From: an uncultured Desulfatibacillum sp.
GTDB taxonomy: Bacteria > Desulfobacterota > Desulfobacteria > Desulfobacterales > SpSt-501
Reading direction: 5' to 3'
Assembly (NCBI GenBank): GCA_964573635.1
Contig: CAZNKG010000004.1
Coordinates: 1,352-65,351 of the forward strand
Length of the DNA stretch: 64,000 bases
Shown here: piece by piece, positions 41,528 through 50,746 of the stretch
How the letters are laid out: each line of letters begins with the position of its first letter
How positions within the stretch are numbered: position 1 is the first letter of the stretch
Notes under the pieces: generated by a model
What the model saw: only the letters and a program-made list of their open reading frames with translations
Told to the model about the DNA's origin: nothing
Databases searched by the model: none
Program-made: the position numbers and the translations under genes

Positions 41528-43315
41528 TCAGTCCGGCGGGAGGCGATGCGGCAGGTGGATCGTGAACCGGCTCCCCTCGCCGAGGGCGCTCTCGACCGTG
41601 ACCCGGCCGCCGTGGGCCTGGGCGATGTGCTTGACGATGGCCAGGCCGAGCCCCGTTCCGCCGAGGACCCGGCTGCGCGCCGGGTCGACCCGGTAGAAGC
41701 GCTCGAAGATGCGGGGCAGGTGCTTCTTCTCGATGCCGATCCCGTGGTCTTCGACCTCGATTTGGATCTCGCGGCCCTGCGTGCGCGCGGTGATGCTGAC
41801 CGAGCGCTCCGGCTCGCTGTACTTGATCGCGTTGTCGAGGAGGTTCACGACGGCCTGCTCGAGGAGCAAGGGGTCGAGCATGGCCGCGAGCCCCTCCTCC
41901 ACGGCGAGCTCGATCGCGATCCGCTTCTCGTCGGCCTTCGGCCGGCAGATCTGCACCGCGTTCTGCAGGATCTCCTGCAGCCGCGCGCTCTCGCGCTTCA
42001 AGGCCCCGCCCTCGCTCTCGTTTTCGATGCGCGAGAGCATCAGCAGGTCCTCGATGATGGTGCTCAGGCGGCTGACGTGCTTGGCGATGATGCCGAGAAA
42101 CCGCGCGGCCTCGGCCGGCTCCTCGACCCCGCCCTGCTGCAGCGTCTCGACGAACCCGCGGATGGCCGTGAGCGGGGTGCGGATCTCGTGCGAAACGTTG
42201 GCAACGAAGTCGCGGCGCATGTTCTCCAGCCGGCGCAGCGGGGTGACGTCGGTGAAGACGATGAGCACCCCGATCGGCTCCGGCCCGACGGCGCAGAGCG
42301 GGGCGCTCTTGATGTTCAGGACCCGCTCCCCGCCGTGGTAGACGGTGACATCCTCCTCGAGGGGCACCAGGCTCTCCAGGCTGCGGGCGATGAACTTCTG
42401 GGCCGCGCGGTGGCGCACCGCCTCCGGAACGGACTTGCCGGTGGTGCGCGCGGCATCGATTTCCAACCAGCGCGCCGCGGCCGGGTTCATGCTGAGGATG
42501 CGCTCCTCGCGGCTCACGGCGATGACGCCCTCCTGCATGCTGGAGAGCACCGCCTCGAGCTGGTTGCGCTGGCTCGTCACCATGAGCATGCGGCTTTCGA
42601 GCTCGGCGGCCATGCGGTTCAGGGACTCGGCGAGCTCGGCGAGCTCGCGGGTCTCGGGAACCGGCAGCCGGTGCCCGAGCTCGCCGGCCGCAAAACGCGC
42701 GGCCCCCTGCTTGAGCTCCTCGACCCGCCGGCTGAACTGGCGCGAGATGACGAGGGTCACGACCAGCGCGAGCACCGCCAGGGCGAAGCCGACCACGAGA
42801 AGCTCGCGGCGCACGGAGGCGAGCTGCCGCTCGATGCGGGCGGTGGGGATGCCGGCGCGGATGACGGCGGGCGCGGGCGGCCCGCCGCGGGCCGGCACGG
42901 CCGCATACAGGGTCTGCCGCTGCAGGGTGCGGCTGAACCGAGCCGCCTGGCCGGCCCCGGTGGAGAAGGCGGCGGCCACCTCCGGCCGGCCGGCATGGTT
43001 CTCCATGTGGCGCGGGGTTTCGTGCGAGTCGCCGAGCACGGTGCCGTCGGCGGCGATCACGGTGAAGCGCGTGTCGGCGGCCTTGCCGGCGAGCTTGCAG
43101 GCCGCGTCGACGGCCGCGGCGTCGAGGGGGGCCAGGTGGGGGGCCACCTGCAGCTCGAGCAGGCGCGCCCGTTCGCTCAAGTCGCCGGCGAGCTGCTCGA
43201 CGAGAAAGCCCTCGAGCGACCGGTGCGCGTGCCAGCCGGCGGCGCCGAGGGCCCCCAGGGTGATCAGCAGGTACGAGGAAAGCAGGCGCCAGAAAAGCTT
43301 GCCGCGCTTGATCAT
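41528..43315 (-). CDS. phoR: Phosphate regulon sensor histidine kinase PhoR (TM-HAMP-PAS-HisKA-HATPase)
   Basis: The H-box is FVANVSHEIRTPLTAIRGF, with N/G boxes DNAIKYS and GTGLGLAIVKH. It lies immediately downstream of phoB. Confidence 0.85.
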   Translation of the reverse strand: MIKRGKLFWRLLSSYLLITLGALGAAGWHAHRSLEGFLVEQLAGDLSERARLLELQVAPHLAPLDAAAVDAACKLAGKAADTRFTVIAADGTVLGDSHETPRHMENHAGRPEVAAAFSTGAGQAARFSRTLQRQTLYAAVPARGGPPAPAVIRAGIPTARIERQLASVRRELLVVGFALAVLALVVTLVISRQFSRRVEELKQGAARFAAGELGHRLPVPETRELAELAESLNRMAAELESRMLMVTSQRNQLEAVLSSMQEGVIAVSREERILSMNPAAARWLEIDAARTTGKSVPEAVRHRAAQKFIARSLESLVPLEEDVTVYHGGERVLNIKSAPLCAVGPEPIGVLIVFTDVTPLRRLENMRRDFVANVSHEIRTPLTAIRGFVETLQQGGVEEPAEAARFLGIIAKHVSRLSTIIEDLLMLSRIENESEGGALKRESARLQEILQNAVQICRPKADEKRIAIELAVEEGLAAMLDPLLLEQAVVNLLDNAIKYSEPERSVSITARTQGREIQIEVEDHGIGIEKKHLPRIFERFYRVDPARSRVLGGTGLGLAIVKHIAQAHGGRVTVESALGEGSRFTIHLPHRLPPD

Positions 43316-43337
43316 GGCCGCCTCGAGCCGCCGCCCG

Positions 43338-44030
43338 TCACGGTCGCTCCTTGAAGCGGTAGCCGACGCCGCGCACGGTCTCGATGTAGGCGCCGTGGGC
43401 CTTGAGCTTCTTGCGCAGGCCGACGACCTGGACGTCGACGCTGCGGTCGGTGACGGGGTAGTCGCTGCCGCGGACGGCGTCGACGATCTGGGAGCGGGTG
43501 AAGACCCATCCGGGCCGGCGCGCGAGCACCCAGAGCAGCTGGAACTCCGTGTAGGTCAGGTCGACGGGCTCGCCGCCCGCCGTGACGCTGCGGCGGCCGG
43601 GGTGGATCTCGAGCTCGTGGATGCGCAGCGTCTTGGTCTCGTCGACCGGCTCCCGCGCCCGGCGGCGCAGCACGGCCTTCACCCGCGCCGAGAGGACCCG
43701 CGGGCTGAACGGCTTGGTGAGGTAATCGTCGGCCCCGAGCTCGAGGCCCGTGACGATGTCCGCGTCCTCGCCCCGGGCGGTCAGCATGACGATCGGCGTC
43801 GACTGGGTGCGCGCGTCTTTCTTGAGCGCCTTGGCGACCTCCAGGCCGTCCACCCCGGGCAGCATGAGATCGAGCACGACGAGGTCGAAACTCTCGGCGC
43901 GGGCGCTCTTGAGCGCCTGTTCGCCGCTCGCCGCCGTAGAGACCTGGTAGCCCTCGCGCGTCAGGTGGAAGCGCACCAGCTCGAGGATGTCCTCCTCGTC
44001 GTCGACCACGAGGATCCGCTCTTTCGCCAT
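43338..44030 (-). CDS. phoB: OmpR/PhoB-family response regulator PhoB
   Basis: MAKERILVVDDEEDI...DLVVLDLMLPGVDG...TARGE, plus a winged-helix C-terminus (YIETVRGVGYRF). GGAG lies 8 nt upstream of the ATG at 44030. Confidence 0.88.
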   Translation of the reverse strand: MAKERILVVDDEEDILELVRFHLTREGYQVSTAASGEQALKSARAESFDLVVLDLMLPGVDGLEVAKALKKDARTQSTPIVMLTARGEDADIVTGLELGADDYLTKPFSPRVLSARVKAVLRRRAREPVDETKTLRIHELEIHPGRRSVTAGGEPVDLTYTEFQLLWVLARRPGWVFTRSQIVDAVRGSDYPVTDRSVDVQVVGLRKKLKAHGAYIETVRGVGYRFKERP

Positions 44031-44101
44031 ATCTCGCACTCCGTCAAGGGGGATGGCCGGCTGCGCCGTCCACATCGCCGCGCGGAAATTATTGGCGAGC
44101 C

Positions 44102-44139
44102 GTTCTTCCGGAGTTAGGGCCGGATTAGATTTCGGTTAG
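44102..44139 (-). promoter_or_regulatory. Candidate Pho box for phoBR (autoregulation), overlapping the last codons of fdhD
   Basis: Plus strand: GTTCT 44102, GTTAG 44113, ATTAG 44124, GTTAG 44135, in 11-bp phase. Toward phoB it reads CTAAC-CTAAT-CTAAC-AGAAC, followed by AATAAT (plus-strand coordinates 44088-44093). Confidence 0.65.
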
Positions 44140-44934
44140 CCCGAAGCGCCGCGGGCCGCAGAAGACGCAGACCCCCCCCTCCGGCTCGAGGCAGGCGACC
44201 CCCATGTTGAGCCCGGCGGCGAGCGCGACCGCGAGCTCCGTGGGGCGCGAGACCGCGAGAATCGCCGCGATCCGCGCGCGGGCCGCCTTCTGCACGAGCT
44301 CGTAGCTCACCCGCGAGGAGAGGCACAGCAGCACCGCCCGGGGAAGGCTTCCGGCCATGAGCGCCCGGCCGACGGCCTTGTCGAGGGCGTTGTGGCGGCC
44401 GATGTCCTCGGCGAGCGCGAGCAGCCCCCCGCCCGCGTCGAACAGCGCGGCGGCGTGGGCGGCGCGCGTCAGCTCCCGCAGCCGCTGGCGGCCGGCCATC
44501 TCCTCCATCGCGGTTAGGGCCGCGGGCAGCGCGACGGCGGCGCCGTCCGGAACCGGGGTGAGCAGCTGCTCGAGGTCGCGCACGAGCTCCTTGCCGCAGA
44601 TCCCGCAGCTCGACTGGCTGATGTAGTTGCGCCGCTCGAGGATCGCCCCGCTCGCCGCCCGGCGTTCGGGGGTGAGCGTCACGGTGACGACGTTGGGGTT
44701 CTCGTCGTCGCACAGGCCGATGGCGACCGTGTCCGCAAGGCGGTCGATGACCCCCTCCCCCAGACAGAAGCCGGCCACATGGGCGATCTCCTCGCCCGGG
44801 GTCCGCATGACGACGGCGTAGGGGCGCCCCTCGACCCGGATGGCGAGCGGCTCCTCCGCCAAAAGGGCCATCGGCTGCCGGGAGGCCCCGGATGCTTTCC
44901 AGCGGATGACCGGCCGTTCGATTGAGCTCTCCAT
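44125..44934 (-). CDS. fdhD: Formate dehydrogenase accessory sulfurtransferase FdhD
   Basis: SSCGICG and DIGRHNALDK motifs. 269 aa from the ATG at 44934. Confidence 0.88.
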   Translation of the reverse strand: MESSIERPVIRWKASGASRQPMALLAEEPLAIRVEGRPYAVVMRTPGEEIAHVAGFCLGEGVIDRLADTVAIGLCDDENPNVVTVTLTPERRAASGAILERRNYISQSSCGICGKELVRDLEQLLTPVPDGAAVALPAALTAMEEMAGRQRLRELTRAAHAAALFDAGGGLLALAEDIGRHNALDKAVGRALMAGSLPRAVLLCLSSRVSYELVQKAARARIAAILAVSRPTELAVALAAGLNMGVACLEPEGGVCVFCGPRRFGLTEI

Positions 44935-45063
44935 GCAGCGACCCCCCCTGCGCGGCCTCGAGGATTCGGCCGCCGGCGGGCGCCGAGGCATTGCGTCCAC
45001 CGCCCGGGTGTGGAATAACATAACAACTTTCCGTGCATCTTTCCATCCAGGGAGGAACGCCCC

Positions 45064-45948
45064 ATGGAACCGGAGAAAGACTGGATCGCCAACGCCTATG
45101 CCGGGATGTCCCGGCGGCAGTTCCTGGCGCGCATGTCGGCCGCCGGCGCGGCGGCCCTGGCCGGCTTCGCCGCGGCCGCCAGCCCCGTCGCGGGCGAGAT
45201 CATCACGACCCCCGCCGACGGCCTGGAGGCGCTCGCGGGGCAGGCCCCCGCCGGCGGTTTCGCGCTGCCGCTTTATGCCGCGTGGCCGGCGGGCGCCGGG
45301 AAGCACCCGGTCGTGCTCGTCATCCCGGAGATCTTCGGCATGCACGCGCACATCCAGGACGTCGTGCGCCGCTTCGCCAAGGCCGGCTACTTCGCGGTCA
45401 CCCACGAGCCCTACGCGCGGCAGGGGGGCGTCCAGCACCTGACCGACATCCAGGCCGTGCTCAAAATCGCCAACGCGCTTCCCGACGACCAGGCGCTTTC
45501 CGACCTGGAGGCGGTCTGCGCCTGGGCCGCGGCGCACCCCGCCGCCCGGGCCGAGCGCCTCGGGGTGACGGGGTTCTGCCGCGGCGGCCTCTACACGCTG
45601 CTCTTTGCCGCCCGCAGCCCCGCCGTCAAGGCCGCCGTCGCCTGGTACGGCCAGATCAAGCCGGCGATCACCCCCGGCATCCGCACGGCGGGACCGCTCG
45701 AGGTGGCCGCGAAGATCGCCGCCCCGGTGCTCGGGCTCTACGGCGGAGCGGACCAGGGGATCCCCGCCGCGGACGCCAAGGAGATGGAGGCCGCCCTGCG
45801 GGCCGCGGGCCGGACCGCCGAGTTCGTGATCTACCCGGATGCGCCGCATGCCTTCTATGCGGACTACCGCCCGAGCTACCGCGCCGAAGCCGCGGCCGAC
45901 GCCTGGCGGCGCTGCCTCGCCTGGTTCGACCGGTATCTGAAGGCGTAG
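45064..45948 (+). CDS. Dienelactone hydrolase-family protein with a Tat-type signal
   Basis: AGGGAGG RBS. It has the SRRQFLARMSAAGAAALAG twin-arginine signal, the GFCRGG nucleophile elbow and a C-terminal YPDAPHAF. Confidence 0.85.
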   Translation: MEPEKDWIANAYAGMSRRQFLARMSAAGAAALAGFAAAASPVAGEIITTPADGLEALAGQAPAGGFALPLYAAWPAGAGKHPVVLVIPEIFGMHAHIQDVVRRFAKAGYFAVTHEPYARQGGVQHLTDIQAVLKIANALPDDQALSDLEAVCAWAAAHPAARAERLGVTGFCRGGLYTLLFAARSPAVKAAVAWYGQIKPAITPGIRTAGPLEVAAKIAAPVLGLYGGADQGIPAADAKEMEAALRAAGRTAEFVIYPDAPHAFYADYRPSYRAEAAADAWRRCLAWFDRYLKA

Positions 45949-45964
45949 GGCCCCGCCCGCGGCG

Positions 45965-48436
45965 TCAGCGCCGGGGCGTGTGCCGGCGCACCAGCCGGAG
46001 CGTGTTGCCGAGAACGCTCAGGCTGCTCGCCAGCATGGCGCCGGCGGCGACGAGCGGGGAGACGAGGCCGCTCATGGCGAGCGGGATGGCGACGGCGTTG
46101 TAGCCGAGGGCGAGCCCGAGGTTCTGGCGGATCGTGCGGTCGACGGCGCGGGCGAAGTCGAAAAACTCGACGAGCTGCGCGGGGTCGGCCCGCATGAGGG
46201 TCGCGTCGGCCACCTCCCGGCCGAGGTTTCCCCCGCCGTAGACCGCGAGCGACAGGTCGGCCTGAGCGAGCGCCGACGCGTCGTTCACCCCGTCGCCGGC
46301 CATGGCGACCCGCCGCCCGCGCCGCTGGAGCTCGGCGACCACCTCGGCCTTCCCGGCGGGCAGCAGGCCCCCGTGGCACCGCGGGATCCCCAGCCGGCCG
46401 GCCACCGCCCGCGTCGCCTCTTCGCCGTCGCCCGAGACGAGCGCCAGCCCATAGCCCCGCCGCGCCAGCGCGGCGATCGCCTCGGCGCTCGTCGGACGCA
46501 GCTCGTCGCCGAAGACGAAGACCGCCGCCGGACGGCCCCCCACGCCGAGGAAGACCTGCGAGCGGCCGGGGGCCCCGGACGGGGATGGAAGCCGAAGGCC
46601 GGCGAACTCCTCCGCCAGGAATTCGGCCGACCCGATCCGGGCCTCCAGCCCCTCCCACAACCCGATCACCCCGTTCGGCTCGGGCTGGACCAGGGCGACG
46701 CGCTCGGGCCGGATGTGGCGCTCGCGGGCCTCGGCGGCGAGCAGCCGCGCCACGGGGTGGTCGACGCCCTGCTCGAGACCCGAGGCGAGCGCCAGCGCCT
46801 TTTCCGCGCTGAAGCCGCCCAAGGGCACGACCTTCAGCAGCGTCCACTCCCCGCGGGTCACGGTGCCGGTCTTGTCGAGCACGATCGTGTCGACCTGCGG
46901 GGCGCGCGCGAGGGCCGAGAAGCGGCGCACGATCATCCCGCGCCGCGCGGCGAGCGCCACCGCCGCCGAGCGGGTGAGCGGGATGGCGATCCCCAGGGCG
47001 CAGGGGCAGGTGATCACCACGACCGTCACCGCCCGCAGGACGGCCGCCTCCGCCGTTCCGCCGGCGAAGGCCACCGCCGCCCCGGCGGCCGCGGCCAGGG
47101 CGAAGACCGCCGGCACGACGCGGCGCAGCACCCGCTCGGTCCACGGCTCCGCCGCGGGCCGGCGGGCGAGCGTCGCCTCCACCACCGCGGCCATCTGCCC
47201 GAGCGTCGAGTCGCCCCCGACCCGCTCGGCGCAGACGGTGAATTCGCCTTCCAGGACCCGGCTGCCGCTGCGGATCGCGTCCCCGGGCCGCCGCGCCAGG
47301 GGCAGCGGCTCGCCGGTGATCGAGGATTCGTCGATCGCTCCGCCGCCGCTCAGCACGACCCCGTCGGCGGCGACGATCTCGCCGGACTGGACCCGGAAGA
47401 GGTCGCCGGGCGAAAGCGCCCCGGCGGCCGCGAAGCGCCCCTCGGGCCAGGCCTCGCTCACGATCCGGACCTTGGTCGGCATGAGGGACAAAAACCCCTG
47501 CAGGCTTTCGAGCACCCGCTCCTTGGCGCGGCGCTCGATGAGCCGGCCGAGAAGCGCGAGGGTGATGAGCATGCTCGCGGTGTCGAAGTAGAGATGGATG
47601 CTCCCCCGGGCGAAGTGGACGAGGCTCAACGCGAAGGCGCCCGCGCTGCCGGCGGCGATCAGGGCCTCCATGCCGAAGGCGGCCGCAGCCGCCCCGGCGG
47701 CGGCCCGCCGGAAGAGGGGCCAGCCCCCGAAGGCGAGGACCCCGGCCGCCATCGCCGCCATCGGCCAGGAGAGGCTCGCCACCGACTCGGGCGGAAGCTC
47801 CGTGAAGAAGCCGAAATAGAGGGCCGCGGCGAGCATCATGACGTTCATCGTGAGAAACGCGCAGACCCCGAAGCGGATCCACTCCCGTCGCCGCGCGCCC
47901 TGGTCGGCGTCCTCGCCCGGGGCCGAAGCGGCGTAGCCGTAGCGCGCGACGGCGGCCTTGATGCGGTCGGGGGAGGTGGCCGTCGGGTCGTAGCGCACCT
48001 CGAGGTGGTCGGTCGCGAAGCTGCAGGCGGCATGGGCCACCCCGGGGGTGCGGCCGAGGGCCGCCTCGATCAGCCAGGCACAGGCGGGGCAGCTCATGTT
48101 GGCGATCCGCAGGACGAGCTTGAGGCCGGCGGCCGGGTCGGCCGCGGGCGGCGGGGGGGCGGCGGCGACGGCCTCGAGGTCGGCCGGGCTGCGCGGGATG
48201 ATTCCGCTCGCCTGGCACTGGCGGTAGAGCTCGGTGGCGCGAAAGGCCTCCGGGTCGGGGGCCCCGGCCGCCTGGACGAGGATCGCGAACACCTGGCGGC
48301 AGCCGGTGCAGCAGAAGGCGTAGGTCGTCTCGCCGTAGCGTGCGTCGCAGGCCCCGGCGCCGAGCGGCAGGCCGCAGAGGTCGCAGGCGGACTGCACGCG
48401 GCGGTTGCGGGCGGATTGCGGTTCGAGCTTCGGCAT
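45965..48436 (-). CDS. ccoI: P1B-type copper-translocating ATPase, CcoI/FixI-like (cbb3 oxidase maturation)
   Basis: N-terminal Cys-rich domain (CDLCGLP...FCCTGCRQVF). Canonical HMA domain with MSCPAC. It also has CPC in the membrane (ITCPCALG), DKTGT, and GDGVND. It is the last gene of the oxidase operon. Confidence 0.85.
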   Translation of the reverse strand: MPKLEPQSARNRRVQSACDLCGLPLGAGACDARYGETTYAFCCTGCRQVFAILVQAAGAPDPEAFRATELYRQCQASGIIPRSPADLEAVAAAPPPPAADPAAGLKLVLRIANMSCPACAWLIEAALGRTPGVAHAACSFATDHLEVRYDPTATSPDRIKAAVARYGYAASAPGEDADQGARRREWIRFGVCAFLTMNVMMLAAALYFGFFTELPPESVASLSWPMAAMAAGVLAFGGWPLFRRAAAGAAAAAFGMEALIAAGSAGAFALSLVHFARGSIHLYFDTASMLITLALLGRLIERRAKERVLESLQGFLSLMPTKVRIVSEAWPEGRFAAAGALSPGDLFRVQSGEIVAADGVVLSGGGAIDESSITGEPLPLARRPGDAIRSGSRVLEGEFTVCAERVGGDSTLGQMAAVVEATLARRPAAEPWTERVLRRVVPAVFALAAAAGAAVAFAGGTAEAAVLRAVTVVVITCPCALGIAIPLTRSAAVALAARRGMIVRRFSALARAPQVDTIVLDKTGTVTRGEWTLLKVVPLGGFSAEKALALASGLEQGVDHPVARLLAAEARERHIRPERVALVQPEPNGVIGLWEGLEARIGSAEFLAEEFAGLRLPSPSGAPGRSQVFLGVGGRPAAVFVFGDELRPTSAEAIAALARRGYGLALVSGDGEEATRAVAGRLGIPRCHGGLLPAGKAEVVAELQRRGRRVAMAGDGVNDASALAQADLSLAVYGGGNLGREVADATLMRADPAQLVEFFDFARAVDRTIRQNLGLALGYNAVAIPLAMSGLVSPLVAAGAMLASSLSVLGNTLRLVRRHTPRR

Positions 48437-48465
48437 CGGCTCCGGAGACCCTGCGGCGCGCCCGC

Positions 48466-48978
48466 TCAGGGGCGCTCGCCGAGCGACAGGATGTAGTGCA
48501 CGACGGCCAGGCGGTCGGCGGCCGTGACGGTTGAGTAGAGCGGCGGCTGCCGGCCGCCCGGGATCCCGTAGCTCACCGTCGTGAACAGCGCCTCCGGCGC
48601 CTTGAGCTGGACCGCGGCGCTGCGCAGATCGGTCGGCAGCGGCATGAAGCTCTGGCCGACGGTTCCCCGGCCGTCGTGGGCGCTCCCGTGGCACTGGGCG
48701 CAGAAGGTGAAGTAGACCGCCCGGCCGCGGGCGATCCCCTCCGCGGCCGCACCGGCCGCCGGGGCGGCGGCGGTCGGGTCGGCGCGGTAGAGGGCCTCGC
48801 CGCCGCCGACCGGCACGACCCCCTCGGGCATGAGCCTGAGCGGCTCCTCGTGCGGCTTGACCGCCGGGGTCTCGCGCATGCGGCCGTAGCGGAAGTTGTT
48901 GTCGTAGAACATCAGGGCGTGGTAGGCCGCGAGCAGGAGGGCGGCCGCCGCCGCCGCGATGAGCAGCCCGCGTTTCAT
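48466..48978 (-). CDS. Membrane-anchored monohaem cytochrome c (ActE-like position and function uncertain)
   Basis: N-terminal TM segment, a single CAQCH motif and a distal Met region. Confidence 0.75.
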   Translation of the reverse strand: MKRGLLIAAAAAALLLAAYHALMFYDNNFRYGRMRETPAVKPHEEPLRLMPEGVVPVGGGEALYRADPTAAAPAAGAAAEGIARGRAVYFTFCAQCHGSAHDGRGTVGQSFMPLPTDLRSAAVQLKAPEALFTTVSYGIPGGRQPPLYSTVTAADRLAVVHYILSLGERP

Positions 48979-49241
48979 TCGGCCCCCCGGTTCCCCAGCA
49001 CCTGGAGGGGATAGGCCTCGGCCCCGGGTGCGCCGCGGACGTGCTGCGGATGGGGCACCGGCGGGTAGAGGGCGTAGGGCCCCTCGCCCGGGGTGTCGGC
49101 CACGGGCCGGTAGTCCCAGTCGGGCTGGCCGAGGTCGCCGATCAGGGTATAGGCGAGGAATCCCTGGAAGAAGACGATGCCGACCATGGCCGCGACCAGC
49201 AGCCAGGTCCGCAGGGCCGATGCCTGCTGTTCCGGGTGCAT
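48975..49241 (-). CDS. Small single-TM membrane protein, hypothetical
   Basis: ATGA overlap with the downstream cytochrome c gene. TM segment WLLVAAMVGIVFFQGFLAYTLI. Confidence 0.55.
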   Translation of the reverse strand: MHPEQQASALRTWLLVAAMVGIVFFQGFLAYTLIGDLGQPDWDYRPVADTPGEGPYALYPPVPHPQHVRGAPGAEAYPLQVLGNRGAE

Positions 49242-49242
49242 G

Positions 49243-49518
49243 TCAGATCCTGACCCCCCAGGTTCCGGTGATGACGATGTAGAGCAGGCCCCAGAGCAGG
49301 GTGCCCGCGATGATCAGCATGAGCAGGAGCGGAAAGGGGGCGTTGCGCCCCGTGATCCCGCCGGGGTACTCCTCGACGATGCGGGTCAGGCGCTCCTCGG
49401 CGTCCCGGCGGCGGATGTGGGCGAAGCCGAGCCCGGCCGCGAAGAGCACGACGAAAACGAGCGCCGGCAGCAGATAGAGCAGGATGTGCTGGGTGTTCCA
49501 CGCCTCGAAGATCCGCAT
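49243..49518 (-). CDS. Small two-TM membrane protein, hypothetical (possible oxidase accessory subunit)
   Basis: ATG at 49518. TM segments ILLYLLPALVFVVLFAAGLGF and LLLMLIIAGTLLWGLLYIVI. The gene is tightly packed within the operon. Confidence 0.55.
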   Translation of the reverse strand: MRIFEAWNTQHILLYLLPALVFVVLFAAGLGFAHIRRRDAEERLTRIVEEYPGGITGRNAPFPLLLMLIIAGTLLWGLLYIVITGTWGVRI

Positions 49519-49535
49519 CCTGATCGCCCCCCGTC

Positions 49536-49799
49536 CTATCCCGAGTGGTTCAACGCGAAGACGATGACCGCGACGCTTCCCGCCAGGCCGGCCGAGACCA
49601 GGACGAAGAGCCCCGCGCTTTCGATCCGCCCGCGGCGCGTGAGGCGCGCGCGGCCGCCGGCCGCCGCCGGGCCGTCGAGCGCGAGGAAGCGCGCCCGCTC
49701 CTGGTCCCGGAACTGCCCCCGGTGGACGGCCCACAGCAGGACGCCGAGGCTTACGAGAAACCCGGCCGCCATGTAGGCGATGAAATAGGGAAAGTACAT
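49536..49799 (-). CDS. ccoS: CcoS/FixS-like cbb3 oxidase maturation protein with an extra C-terminal TM segment
   Basis: MYFPYFIAYMAAGFLVSLGVLLWAVHRGQFRDQERARFLAL resembles the CcoS signature (W-A-x-x-x-G-Q-F-D/R-D). Confidence 0.6.
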   Translation of the reverse strand: MYFPYFIAYMAAGFLVSLGVLLWAVHRGQFRDQERARFLALDGPAAAGGRARLTRRGRIESAGLFVLVSAGLAGSVAVIVFALNHSG

Positions 49800-49813
49800 G
49801 GGCGTCCCTCCGC

Positions 49814-50746
49814 TCACGGCTCCCAGGCCGCGTCGATCCCCCGCGGCGCGGCGTTGGCGTCGCTCTGGTTGATGAAGTGGTGCGCGACGTAGTCGCCCAC
49901 CTCCCAGATCTTCTGGGACTCGAGATCGCGCTTGAAATAGGGCATGGCCGAGCCGGTGATCCCGTTCATGATCTGGTAGTAGAGGATGCCCCCCGAGATC
50001 TCGCGCCCCTTGAGGATCGTGAAGTTGAGCGGCGGCGGGTAGATCCAGGGCTGGGCGGGCCCCATGCCGTCGCCGATCGGCCCGTGGCAGCCGATGCAGA
50101 AGTACTGGTAGATGCGCTGCCCGCGCTGCAGGCTCGCGGCGCTCGTCGGGTAGGGGTTGGGAAGCCGGCGCCAGCCCTCCGGCACGATCTCCGCCAGCCA
50201 GCGCACGTTCTCCTCGGGGCCGGCCTCGTAGGCCCGGATGGCCTCGGCCTTCCAATGGCGCTGGCGCTCCATGCGCCGGTCGGCCATTTTCAGCCCCAGG
50301 CTCTGGATGTAGGCGGTGAGCTGCCCGAGGCGCTCCATCCCCAGCCAGGCGAAGGGCGGCATGAGGGAGCTCGGCCGCGTGCTGCGCGGGTTGATGAAGT
50401 GGGCGATGTGCCAGTCGTCGGGGTGCTCGCCGCCCGCCTGGGAGAGGTCGGGGCCGGTGCGCTGCGAGCCGAGCTGGATGGGCTCGTCGGCGAGGTAGTC
50501 CCCGGACTGGGCGATGCGCTCCGAACCCATGTCCCAGTCGAAGGCGCGGATCGACTGGCTGTGGCAGTAGACGCAGCCGTTCTGGATGTAGATGCGCCGG
50601 CCGGCCGCCTCGAGCGCCGTCCGCTCGCGGAAGATCTCCGAGGGGGTCGTGTCGCGCGTCGCATAAGGCCAGTAGACCACGGTGAGGGCGATGCCGGCGA
50701 GCAGCGCGAGCACGCCGACCAGGATGACGGCGGGCGTCATGCGCAT
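49814..50746 (-). CDS. ccoO: cbb3-type oxidase monohaem subunit CcoO fused to a second monohaem cytochrome c domain (CcoO-CcoP-like fusion)
   Basis: FixO-like N-terminal half with CVYCHSQ and GPDL motifs. The C-terminal domain has CIGCH and a GSAMP-type Met ligand region. Confidence 0.8.
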   Translation of the reverse strand: MRMTPAVILVGVLALLAGIALTVVYWPYATRDTTPSEIFRERTALEAAGRRIYIQNGCVYCHSQSIRAFDWDMGSERIAQSGDYLADEPIQLGSQRTGPDLSQAGGEHPDDWHIAHFINPRSTRPSSLMPPFAWLGMERLGQLTAYIQSLGLKMADRRMERQRHWKAEAIRAYEAGPEENVRWLAEIVPEGWRRLPNPYPTSAASLQRGQRIYQYFCIGCHGPIGDGMGPAQPWIYPPPLNFTILKGREISGGILYYQIMNGITGSAMPYFKRDLESQKIWEVGDYVAHHFINQSDANAAPRGIDAAWEP

